The notes beneath the pieces were generated by a model. The model was given only the letters and a program-made list of their open reading frames with translations, had not been told where the DNA came from and made no database searches. From Amoebophrya sp. A120 (taxonomy: Eukaryota; Protista; Dinoflagellata), in contig CAJINV010000009.1 of NCBI GenBank assembly GCA_905178155.1, positions 3,094,768-3,158,767 on the forward strand: a DNA stretch of 64,000 bases, written 5' to 3'. Made by a program: the position numbers and the translations under genes. How positions within the stretch are numbered: position 1 is the stretch's first letter; every line of letters begins with the position of its first letter. Below are positions 37,901-48,886 of this stretch, in pieces.

Positions 37901-40802
37901 GGGGACAGAGGTGCCGAGAGGTTGCGCGAATAAGGGCGAACCTCTCGCGCACCCTCTGGGCCACCTCTCGGCCACCTCTGTAGACCTCTGCTGGCGAGTA
38001 TAGCCGGATTATTAGCAACACCTCTCGGGAGAGGTCAAAAAGAGGGCGCGCGAGAGGGGTAGAAAAACCTGAATCCGCCCGGCACGAGGCTGATTCTTTT
38101 GTGGCCTTTTCATGCATAGGCTGGCTGGCCCGAACCCTTTCGCGCACCTTCTCGCGCCACCCTCTCGCGCACCCTCTCGCGCAACCCTCTCGCGCCACCC
38201 TCCCGCGCCGGGCGGCTTCTGTTCGCCCCCGGTGTCCTTTGCAGTTGCTCCCTGCGCAGAGCGCCCACAGGCGCGGGAAGCGCGCAAGTGGTCCTGCGGG
38301 TTGGCGCCGCGCAAACAGGCGGCAGGACTCCAGTATGTTTAATTTATGCATATCAGGCCTGTGGCATTGTGGCCCGATCCGCAAATAGTCCTGCCCCGCC
38401 CCAACAGCCTTGCGCCCCGGCGTCAGCCGGGGCATGGCTGGTATTTGTAATGCAAAAATAAATAGACAAAAAATTTGTATTGCGTGTCCTAAATAGCATT
38501 CTATGAGGCCGCCCACGACAGATCTTTCTGTGTATTTATCTTTGCATTACAAATCTGCCCTGCCAGCTTTTTTCTGTGGGATATCGATGATGTGCTCCTT
38601 CTGGGACAGAGCCTGGAAAAGGTAGATAGGGTCAACGTCAACGTGGTGTTTTTTTCGAACAATTATTTTTTCGTGGCACTTCTAATGTTGAACAATTTGC
38701 ATTTGTAGTATGAGATATGCTTTTATCGGGTGGGACTAATGAATGATTTAACCAAGAACAACTGACGGGGTTAGTACAACTAATCTGCGCAACAGCAACA
38801 CAGATTTATCATTTTCATCATCCTCCACGAAAAAAAAGTTAAAAAATTATACCACCGCCATGATGTCCTTGTTGTCGAACTTGACAAACCCGAACCCCTT
38901 GTCCTTTTTGACGTCCACGTAGCGCAACGGCCCGAACCGGCGAAAGTACGCCTCCACCGCCTCGGGGGCGATCACGCCGATCCCGCCGACGAACACCTCG
39001 TTCGCGGTCTGCCCCCGGTGGGGGTTCCGCATCTTCCGGTACTTTTCCATGGTGCCGTCCTGCAAACCGCAGATGAAGTTCATGAGAAATTCTCGGTCGT
39101 GTTTCTGCGGATCCCGGACCCCGCGGGCCTCGGACGTGGTGTAGTGGATCCAGGCCGTGCGGATCTCCGCGTCCAGTTTCTGGCACAGCTTCACCCGGTC
39201 GATCAGTTCTTCCTCGGACAAGTCGTTCGCGGTGCACTATCAAATGCAAAAATGTCTGGGTCTGGAAGGTTGCGAGATTTGTCATGCTGATCTGGCATGG
39301 CCCTTAAATCTGTATTGCGTGGCCACAAACAGCCTCTCTCGCCTGTCATGCAAAAACGCAGTTTCTCATGCGGAATACGCAGCACAGAAGCACGAAGCAA
39401 CTTGTCATGCTTGGCGGCGCATTACAGTGCATTTGTTATTGACGGACTTGCATCACAAGTTTCCAGACCCAGACATATTTGCAATTCATATGCACTTCTG
39501 CAAATAAAACCGCATGGCAACGCGCGCCTGGTACTGCGACGCCTTGTCGTCGCTCATCTCCTCGATTTCCTGGAAGGACAATTGCTCCAGGGACCGGCGG
39601 GAATGCCGGATCGAGGAGCGACGGGACGAAGGGGTGTAGGCACGAAGATGGTTCGGTGTGGTTCCCCCTCCGGGGGAGGACAAGTACGACTCGCGGCCGG
39701 ACAACCGCGCGGACATGCGGCCCGGCGGGGTCTGGAACGAGCCCATGTGAAAGGAGTTGCCGCCCTTCCGCACCGGTCCCATAGTTGGGGATAACAGCCC
39801 GGAGGCCCGGGGGTTCAGCTGCGGACTGGTGACCCCGCCGACCTGCGCAAACCCGGCGGGCGCGGAAGTGGGCTCGCCGTACTCGTTCAGTGCCCCAACC
39901 TCGCTCGGCCCGTTGCTGCCCAGCCCCGGGGGGTTCGGCCGGTTCGCGCGCATGGACGCGGAACGCCCGCCGCGGGGGTGCGGCATATGACGTGCTCAGA
40001 TGTTACAATCTCCACTTGTGTTGCATGATCAGCATGAGAGACAGACAGAGCCCTCCGCTTTTTGCAATACAACTTTATTCGCCACACAATTCTAGTGCGG
40101 TTTGGACTCCAGCTCCAGGAGAACTTGTCATGCACAAAATCCTGCGGGAATTATAGGCTAGATCATGCACTTCTTGCATCACAGATCATTTCCATATTCT
40201 AGTGCAACGTCTAAGATATTGTAACACTTAATGCGCGGGTGATACGGAGACGCAGAGTTTTCGGACTGGTGCGTTCCCGCCGGGGACGTCGGCGCCTGGG
40301 TCTTCGGCGTGGTGTCCGGTTGTTGATGTCCGGTTGCTGCACCTCCAACTCCGCTTCCGGGGTACATGTTGATCCCCGGGTAGTACCGGTCCACGTGGTC
40401 ATTCGTGCGGTCGACTTGCTCAAACTGCTCGCGGTATTTTTGCTGTTTCTCCTTCTTGTCGGATGACCGCGGCTGCTTGTTGTTGTTTTTGGCCGCGGAA
40501 TATCAAGTGTAAAAATGTCTGGGTCTGGAAACCTGTGATGCAAAGAAGGGAATGGTGAGCACAGCACTGTAATGCGCTACACAGCATGACAAGTTTTTCT
40601 GTGGTTCAGAGTTGCGCGCTCCGCATGACAAACTGCGCTTTTGCATGACAGACAAGAGGACCTCTTCGCGGGCACGCAAGACAGAGTTCAGAGTCATGCC
40701 GCACTAGCATGACAAGTCTCGCAATTATCTCCCAGATCCCGACATATTTGCACTTCATACGGAAGCCGGCGAATTCTCGTCCTGTTGCTGGTACAGCAAC
40801 AT
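34982..40802 (-). CDS. RRM RNA-binding protein with an upstream W-x-x-Y...RDPxKH helical module and long low-complexity tails
   Basis: EVFVGGI...KGFGFVKF...HIIEGKRVEIKPAE. Frame continues across 8 introners and GT-AG introns 38613-38852 and 35108-35301, ending NVRLQ*. Confidence 0.8.
35372..35636. mobile_element. Introner (family A)
   Basis: Family-A TIRs; DR AGTCG. Confidence 0.9.
35744..36004. mobile_element. Introner (family A)
   Basis: Family-A TIRs; DR CGTGC. Confidence 0.9.
36071..36377. mobile_element. Introner (family C)
   Basis: TIR TATGGAAGCGTCAGGATTGAAATCGTCAAAGTTGA / TCAACTTTGTCGGTTTCAATCCTGACACATCCATA; DR CTGCG. Confidence 0.9.
37288..37566. mobile_element. Introner (family B; opposite orientation to 26122-26401)
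   Basis: TIR TATCCTGTGTAAAAAC / GTTTTTACTCAGGATA; DR CAGCC. Confidence 0.9.
37631..38583. mobile_element. Introner carrying a nested Helitron
   Basis: TIR TATCACACAGAAAAAAGCTGGCAGG / CCTGCCAGCTTTTTTCTGTGGGATA; DR TCGAT. Confidence 0.9.
37662..38441 (+). mobile_element. Non-autonomous Helitron, copy 2 (inside introner)
   Basis: Same A|TC...hairpin-CTGG|T ends as copy 1; 4 bp longer. Confidence 0.85.
39238..39490. mobile_element. Introner (family A)
   Basis: Family-A TIRs; DR TGCAC. Confidence 0.9.
39986..40244. mobile_element. Introner (family H, diverged)
   Basis: TGTTACAAT / ATTGTAACA TIR core as in 17347; DR CGGCA/CGGAG; frame restored. Confidence 0.75.
40501..40759. mobile_element. Introner (family A)
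   Basis: Family-A TIRs; DR CGGAA. Confidence 0.9.
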
Positions 40803-43800
40803 TTTTGCCAAGTTTTTAGAAAAGAAGGATTTAAACAAATTGTACAATGAAGTTAAGTAATGTCTGGAGCTGATGGAGGTTCTCAAGAAAACCTGCTCCG
40901 ATGACTTATTTCGAACACGAGTTTTAGGACTTGTTGTAAAAGTTGTATTTTCTTTTTTTGAAAGTTGTAAAAGTTGTTGTAACTTGTGTGTAGTAGTAAT
41001 GCTTGTTCTAGCTCGCTGTAGCCAAGAATACAACTACCGCCCAGTTGTACTAGAGCCTGTAATTCCTAATAGCAACAATTCGTCTTCTTCTAACCGGCTC
41101 TGTCTGAGATAAATAATACTGGTGAAAATTATAAATACTCGAAAATAATAAAGGACGTTGAAATCTTGTCGTTTGTTGATGTTTCAACATCGATACTTAC
41201 CACTCAAGATGCAGGAGATGGATCGAAAGTGGTAGTAAAGTAGACGGATGAAAAGTTCTTGCTTCTTCTTAGTCGCGAATGTCTTAAAAATCTTCGATTT
41301 TGAGATTGTAAATCTGCGTCTACTTTCTTGCTTTTAAAAACCACTGCGCTTGTGAAGATGGTAAAAAACTCCTCCGAGTCTAGAAGTAGAATTACTGCGG
41401 CGCGATAATGTGATTTTTCTTGTCTAATACAACAGCCTTGGTTTTGAAAAGTTTGTGGAAATTGATTCTCGAAACTGTGCTCGTCCGCAGAAAAAAAACA
41501 AGTCTGCTGTAGAGAGTTGTATTTACCTTTTCAGTGCAGTTTTTTGAAGCTCTAACAAGTTTGTGGGTAAACTTTTGTCGAAAGTGATGCTGAATAAATA
41601 GCGGCTAAACAATAAGGATTCTTAATGACCTCCCAAATGGACACAACTCTACTAAGTACTGGGTTGAAGAATTTGACAAAAATAGGAATTAAAGTAAGAG
41701 TACTACTTGCTTTTTATACGGCGGGAAGCAGCGAAATACTACTACTAGGTGCCGTATCTTGTAAAAGAAGTTGCAGTATCTATCACAATCCGATTCTCCT
41801 ATACTGTGACAAAAAATTCTTCTGCCAATAGTTGTAAGCACATCCAATTATTAAGAACCTGTGGTTTTTTTTTTGGCCGATTGTCGTGTCGTGTTGCAAA
41901 TGGTCTTCCGGAGGACCACAAAAGTTTGTTCTTCGCTACAACTAGTGTTCAGACAAAAAATTTGCTCGAGCAAAAGTGTTTTTTTCTCTTCGTTGAAAAT
42001 GATTTCTATGGAAGTGGATCCGTGACTCTGAGCAGCTGCAGCTTGTCAGGCACTTACAAAAATTTAACTCATGCAGTTTCGTAAAAGAGCTACTATTTCA
42101 CAGTCTGCAAAAATTCACCAGCACGCCGCACGGATTCTTCAGTAGGGAAAATTGATTTTTTGTCTTGGTCTGTGATCCGTCTGTGCCACCTCAAGAGCCT
42201 ATGGTGGATCCTCGAATTCGATTTCGATTTACAAAATTTTGTTCCGATTTTTGATTACTATGCGATGTTGTTACTACCTCCGAGTTGTGTGCTGTTTCCA
42301 GGTGCCTGATGTCCTCGCGCGGAGTACAACTAGCAGTGTAGAATTTGCGAAAGTTGTTCTATGTGCGAACTTTATGCTGAAGCTGATCTTTGGAGAAGAT
42401 CTCCTACTACAACCTCCCCGCTTTATTGAAGATTTTTGTGAAGGTCACACGACCTACTGCCCTCAGGCTGTGGATCTGCTCGTCTAGCGCTAGCGGGCAG
42501 CAGTGTCGTGTGAAAAAGAGAGCTCTTGTAATTTTTTTGTTTAGGGGGAGTCTACTGGTAATATGAAAGAATAATTCTCGGATCTGTTTTAATATCGTGC
42601 TGGGGGAAAGTAAAAGTGGAGATCTCGACCTTTCTCGATGTTTTGATATTTTGCGTATCGTACGGAAATAAAATTGTGAACAGATTAGAGGTTAGTTTCG
42701 GGGGTGTTGACCTTCTTGACTTTTTTGCTAATAGGCAGCTCGAATTTTCGGTGATAAAAAATTTAGTAGTACTTAATTATGATTTACGTACACAAAATTG
42801 GTGTTGTAAAGATGAAAATAAGCGTGGAAAATGTTTGAAAAGAAGTAGCGTCTCGTTGCTATAATATGCGTATTCTAGTTGGGGTGGAAGCTTTTCTCGA
42901 TGTATATATAAAGAATTTTGCAAAGGGGTTCGATGATGATTGCAAGCCGTCGCTGTTTTGATGGTGTACAAAATCGAGCACGAGAACGGTGAACATGAAA
43001 AGAAAAAACCTGTCATGCTAGACTGCGAGCAGTAGTAAAAGTGAGAACGATAAGTCCACCTCGTCGGGCGAGAATTAATGCTCCTTATGCACGCTACGAC
43101 AGTATCAGGAAAAGAACGTACCGAAAATATTTTTGATGTCATGGCAGGAAAGAACGAACCGACAGCTGGTTTCTTGTGCAGTTTTGTTCTCAAGGCCGAA
43201 AAGGAAAAGAACGAATTAATACCGAAGCCTGTTTCTTGTTGTACGTGGTGAAATTATAAGCTCGGCACTGCTTATTTTTTGTTGTAAGACTCTCGTCGTC
43301 GTTCTTTGCAATCACGAAGCTCTGCACATTGCTGCTACACCGATACTAGAATTCGCAGGGAAAAAAAACCGAGGCTACACCATCAGCAGACATTTTCTAC
43401 TGTGGTAAGACAGTAAAGCAACCGATAATCCTAGCAATCCTGACAGGGCCACGACCAACAATTTTAAACGATAAAGGCTTGATGTTTCAGCAAAATACAC
43501 GACGACCCCCGAGGAGGACGGCCGCGTGCAGCTGCTCTAGAAAATATAGCGAACTCTACTGCGGCGAACGATCTAGTGCTGTCCTTTCAAACGTTCAAAA
43601 AAAAGCAACGCGTTTATTCTCGTGCCTTCCAGAACGGTCGTTTCTGGGATTCATTAAATTTGGGTTTTTGTCTTTCTTCGTGAGGTGGACCTGCCTCAAA
43701 AAAGGCTAGTAGCAAGAACGGTTTTTGGACGAGTGAAGCTGATGAACGCTAGCTCCTCATCACACAGTGTTCATTTTTTGCGTACAACTTATTTTCGAGC

Positions 43801-43904
43801 ACATCAAAGTTGCAAATGAGAATGATCGCTTGTTCAAAAATTCATAAATTCTTCCCCGCACAACCACCGGGCGGCGCGCGACCGTTATCCATACATCCCT
43901 TCCT

Positions 43905-46900
43905 TTATCCCATCCACCCGAGCGGGTCCCTGCAGACGGGGCAGGAACTCGAGGTTTTCAAGTGCTCTTTCAAACACCCTATGAAATGCAAATGTGTCTG
44001 GGTCTGGGAAGCTGGAACTTGTAATGCTAGCTCAACATTCCTGGGAAATCTGTATTGCATAACCGACAAAAGCCGCAGCCATCTTTGTCATGCAAACAGG
44101 CAGTTTCTCATGCGAACTGCCTACGAGAAAGTCTTCCGGAAAGTTGTATGCTGGGCTGCAACCGGAAGTGTTTCCATCATCCACATTTTAGCATCACAAG
44201 TTTCCAGACCCAGACAACATGTTTGCATTTGATACACCCCTGGTGGAACGAGTGCCCGCACATCAGCTCGATTGGGTAGAGATCCTTTTCTTCAGGTTTT
44301 TCCTCTATTTCGTCGAAACAGATCGGGCATTCGGGTTTCGCTGCGGCAACGGGCGGTTCTGCACGAGGTTGTGTCCTCGCCCCGCTGCCCGGAGAAAAAT
44401 TATCCTGTGGAACAAATCCCGGAACAACTGGCAGCAATCCGTCCCCACCCCCGCCGCTGGTACCGGAAGAGTTCCGGCCTTTCTGGCTCTGCGTCCCCGA
44501 CGAGACGATTTGCGGGTCAGGATCTTTTATCAGCACGAAAAGCGTCAAGTGAGCAGCCCCATCACGATTTGCTTTCCTCTCGGTGGGAAGCTGCTGAAAC
44601 AAACGTGTACAAAAATAACCCTGAAGATCCACCACTTTGAGGGTCATGCAGGCTAAGGGAAATGATCAATCTCATCGATATCGCACAAATACACTATACA
44701 AATCGTGATAAGTCTCCTACACTACAGGACTACACTGTGCGCAATTTCTATTCCATAGTTGCAGCGCCTCGTGGAACTCCCCCAACATCGGCTGATGAGG
44801 TAGAAGCAGACGAAGGTTCCACCGCCGTTACTGCTTCTCCTTGCGCTTCCTCCCACGCCTCCAATTTTGCAAAAAGTTCCTATCAACTGTAAAAATGTCT
44901 GGGTCTGGAAGGTCACAACTTGTGATGCTGTCTGTGGATTCTAAAAAAACTTGTGTTGCATGACCAGCAAGAGGTGTCGGGTTTGTCCTACGCGAAGAGG
45001 GCATGTCTCATGCGGTAGAGGTATCACAAAGCCCTCTAAAAATCTGTGATGCTACGGCATGTATTACAGACGTCATGGCTCATGGAAAATATGCATGACA
45101 AATCTAGAAATCTTCCAGACCCAGACACTTTTGCATTTGATAGTTCCCGGCTGTTGTTCAAATTCAACTTGATCACCTTCGCCAGCCGCAGGTTGTTATG
45201 CAAGAAAAAAACTGTGTAAGTGTAAATCTGTAATGCAGAACACGCAACAGAGTTACACCTGTCATGCCAGACAGACATGAAGTTCTCTTTTCCTGTGTGT
45301 TTTCCCTTACAAGCCACGCATGACAGGTTTTCTCTGTCATGTAGAGCAAATTTGTGATGCTGTCAGCCCAAGATAGTTACACTAAGACAGTTTTTTTGTT
45401 GGATAGTTGTTTTGCTGCTCACAATACGCCAGCCCGGTACTCAGTAACTGCTTCGCCTTTTGCAAATGGTGCAGCAGCTTCGCCTCATCCGGTTGTTGTT
45501 TTTCGTCTTCGTAACTCGCCTATCAAGTGCAAAAGTGTCTGGGTCTGAAAGAGTCATGCTGTTTTTGCATGACACGCAAGGCCTGGCATGGCAGCTCTAG
45601 CATCACAGGTTTCGAAAAGCTTCCGCAATGCCGAATCCGCATGACAAATCCCCCCTTTTTGGTGACAGAAAGTGGGCAGCATTTGCTACCTATGCATGAG
45701 AGGTTTTTCTGTGTTCTGAAATGCGCATCGCAAGTTTGTACTCTTCCAGTTCCAGACCCAGACGTATTTGCAATCCATATCGCGCGGCCGAGGTGAGTGG
45801 ATGCGAAGTTTGTGAGGAGAACGCATCACAGAAAAAAGTGTTAACGTAAACGGAATTTGTGATGCAGTAATGCATCAGAAAAGGTGCCCAAATTTGTATT
45901 GCGTAGCATGCAAGGGAAGCGAAATTTGTAATGCACGACTGCCATCTGTGAAACCCGTTCATCACGTTAACACTTTTTTGTTTGATAGAACGATGTAGGA
46001 GTTGATGCTGGTGGCTACAGTTGTAGCCGGACCGGCGTCGGGTGTTGTTCTTGGTCCCCTGGTAATATGTTGATCCGCGGTGTCCTCGATTTTTGTACTA
46101 GCTACTGCACTACTTCCCGCTGCGTTACTCTCCGTAGAAGAACGAGCTACTTGCTGGAACAATTCATGTCCCTTCGCTTCCCAAATCTCGACCGCCTGGC
46201 TGAAATAGAGTTCCGTCGTATCAAAATGAAAAATCCCCCCTCCCCATACCAACACGGAAATTTGTGAAGCTGATTTGTGGCCACGAATCGTCTTTGTCTT
46301 GCATATAGGGTTATAGGAGCCATTTGACGCATTCCGGAGCATATCTGTCATGCGCTTTCGACTACTGCGAACCTGTTTGCCATGCGCACTTGCTAGCCTT
46401 CTGCATACCCAAACAGGCTCAGACAACGCAGCCAAGCACTTTCTGCAAGACTTGTGTACGCAAACCCAGCATCAGAAACTTCGTTTCGATATGGGGAAGG
46501 GGGATTTTTCCCCTCAATACGTCGGCGTCAGGCTGTTTTCGTACCGTTCGTATTCGGAAACCCCGCTTTCGTCCGCGTCACGCCGTAAGGAAATACCTTT
46601 GGTGAGTGCATTGGGTGGGTTTTAAGGATTGTTAGCGTTTGCCATGTACAGCAAGCGATCGAAATTGCTTTGTCTTTCTTGTCATGCACATTTGCAGGAC
46701 GTACAAGAAGAGCAGTATCGTTCTACCTAGATTCACCAGCGCTCTAGCTTCAAACTGCCAGTCCAACCCCTCCAGCTCCCGTTTACTCAACTCCAGCGCT
46801 TGCCGGTAGTGAATTTCCGCGGCGTCTCTGTCGTCCAACGACATGTAACAGGAGCCAAACGCGGTCAAGCAGTCGAACGTACCGACGAAGTCGCTGTGCA

Positions 46901-48390
46901 GGTGGGCTATGCGCAAAGCTTGTTTCAAGTCCTCCAGCGCTTCCTTGCAATCCGAGGAAAGCCGCATCTTCTCCTTGCAGTTCGCTAAGTAGCGGTACGC
47001 GTGGCCCTGCAATTTCTCGTCGGTCTCACACAGCTGAAAGGCCTGCTGGAAGACGATTATGCATTGCAAATATGTTTTAGTCAGTAGGGTCTGGAAACAT
47101 GCAAACTTCTGATGCGCGACGTGTCAGATCACGCAAAAATCTGCCATGCATGGGCAGCAAGAAAATCCATTTTTTGTCTCCGAAGGAGAAAATTTGTAGT
47201 CGTGCGGAACAACAACATGGCGGCACCTTCTCAATATTAAAACCTGTGATACTAGGCCTTGCATGTCAGTCCTTCGGGGTCATGCAAAACCAGCATGGCA
47301 AACCTAAACACCTGCAGGGCATCAACATTTGCATTTGATAACCGTCACGGCTAACCGAAACTCGTTTTGGTGAAACAAAGTGCCCGCTTGGTCGAAAAGG
47401 ATTTGGACTTGTTTTTCTCTCGGGAGGGAGTATCCTGAGAAAAAACTCTCTCAGTCTCAACTTGTGATGCGCAACTTCCTTGGGACAGTCTTTTGTCATG
47501 CTCGAAAAGCAAGAGAGTCCTCTTTCATGTGTCTTTTCCCTTGTGACTGACGCATCACAGGTTTTCCGTGCCATGCTGAGTCTGCAAAGCAGGTTTGAGA
47601 CTGAAACAGTTTTTTCTTGCGATACCGAATGGAAATCGTTCAACACTGGTTGCTGGGTCGATGAGGAGGAGGAACTTGTAGTGCTACCTGTGGAAGTACT
47701 ACTATTATCGGTCTTGTCGTCAAAAATCCGCTTGCGATTCTTCAGAAACCCCGAACCGAAATCTTGCTTTTTACTTCTTACTTTATTCCCTGCTGCAATA
47801 GCGCTGCTGCTGCTGCTGCTACTGGTCCCGATAGAAGTGCCAGTGCCTGCATTTATTTTCAACGCGCCGTCACCCTCCTCTTTCTGCAAATTTTTCGCCA
47901 GGAGGGAGAGCTGTTTTTTGTTGGAAAAAATCTCGACCCCGTACCGGATTTTCTCCTTTTCCTCGTTTTCCACGATCTTGATGACTTTTCCGACTTCTCC
48001 GTTGTATTCCGGTTTTTTCGCGAGGTCTTTGATCTTCACCCGGTCGTGGAGTTGGAAGGCGGAGGGTGGTTCTGTCGCTGTAGCAGCAGCAGTGGGCGCC
48101 GGTGGAGTAGCAACACGAGCTTCTTCTTGCCCTGAACCTTGCTCGGCACCAACGCTACCAGGGGCCACGAACTCGGGCGCAGCCTCCGCGGAAGGTGGAA
48201 TAGGTCGTCCAGCAGCAGGTGATTGTTCTTTCCTCTCCTCATCCTTCTGTATCGGCGCGGCTGTACCCGATATGGTGTTCTGCGAAACTGCCGAGGATGT
48301 CGAACCGTCCGTGCTCGTGATGGCGCTGCTGCCTTTCTGGCCACAGGCACCGCAGACGGTCTGCACCGCACGCAGCAAAAGTTGCAGCAT
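43905..48390 (-). CDS. SH3-like + TPR + C-terminal RING-H2 protein (putative E3 ubiquitin ligase)
   Basis: DRVKIKDL..KPEYNG.VGKV...RYGV...KNL module; TPR-like helices (AEIHYRQALELSK, EARALVNLG); CPIC...CGHSFHQGC...CPVCR. The TPR-RING link crosses a decayed element at 44528-44757. Confidence 0.75.
43980..44234. mobile_element. Introner (family A) inside RING motif
   Basis: Family-A TIRs; DR CACCC. Confidence 0.9.
44528..44757. mobile_element. Decayed introner (putative)
   Basis: TAT...ATA ends with weak IR and no DR match, but removal plus 5 bp keeps frame and removes a stop codon. Confidence 0.45.
44881..45142. mobile_element. Introner (family A)
   Basis: Family-A TIRs; DR GTTCC. Confidence 0.9.
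45197..45405. mobile_element. Introner (family G)
   Basis: TIR TATGCAAGAAAAAAACTGT / ACAGTTTTTTTGTTGGATA; DR GTTGT. Confidence 0.85.
45521..45779. mobile_element. Introner (family A)
   Basis: Family-A TIRs; DR TCGCC/TCGCG. Confidence 0.85.
45824..45987. mobile_element. Introner (164 bp)
   Basis: TIR CATCACAGAAAAAAGTGTTAACGT / ACGTTAACACTTTTTTGTTTGATA; DR GAACG. Confidence 0.85.
46219..46519. mobile_element. Introner (family E)
   Basis: TIR TATCAAAATGAAAAATCCCCC / GGGGGATTTTTCCCCTCAATA; DR CGTCG. Confidence 0.85.
47058..47340. mobile_element. Introner (family A, degenerate)
   Basis: TATGCATTGCAAA ... TTTGCATTTGATA; DR ACGAT/ACCGT; frame restored. Confidence 0.75.
47431..47624. mobile_element. 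Introner (family D) with diverged DRs
   Basis: 30-bp TIR TATCCTGAGAAAAAACTCTCTCAGTCTCAA; flanks GGGAG/CCGAA; frame restored with a 5-bp offset. Confidence 0.75.
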
Positions 48391-48886
48391 TTTGAAAATT
48401 TGTTCTTTGTTGTTTAATTTGAGCTTTAGTTTCCAATATCTTTACCTGCGCTTCCTCTATTGTTCTCGCAGCTGTTTATAGCGTTTTTCCACGCGCTCAC
48501 AAATGTGTCTGTTCAACAGCTCCTCACTACTGCCCGTCTTCCTTGCACAAATTCGATCTCTCTGTAATTGTTGCGAGAAATAAGATGAGAACGACTCGGA
48601 TATTATTGCGCAGAAAGAGTGAGCTGACTACTCGGTCTTCGAGTACACCGCAACACAGCTCGCCACGCGATTGTGTGACATCATCTTCTAACACCGGTAG
48701 CTACAAACACACTCCCGGATCTTTCTAGGTCGCAGCAGCACCACGACCGGAAGTACATGCCACTGAAGAAAATTCTGGAATTCGTTTTACATTCGCGTAC
48801 CGGGAAAAAATGAATCTGTAGGTGTCTTGGCAGCATTCGCTTGGTGTTTCACGGTCGAAGAACTTCAAGTGCACGTGATTCCGTAT

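Noticed and set aside
31769-38516. Duplicated 198/257-aa ORFs in the repeated 780-bp element
   Set aside because: Low-complexity translation of the Helitron interior, frameshifted between copies, with no Rep/helicase motifs.
41000-43800. Short ORFs in AT-rich tracts (also 28900-30400, 32500-34900)
   Set aside because: No recognisable domains or coding bias; treated as UTR or intergenic.
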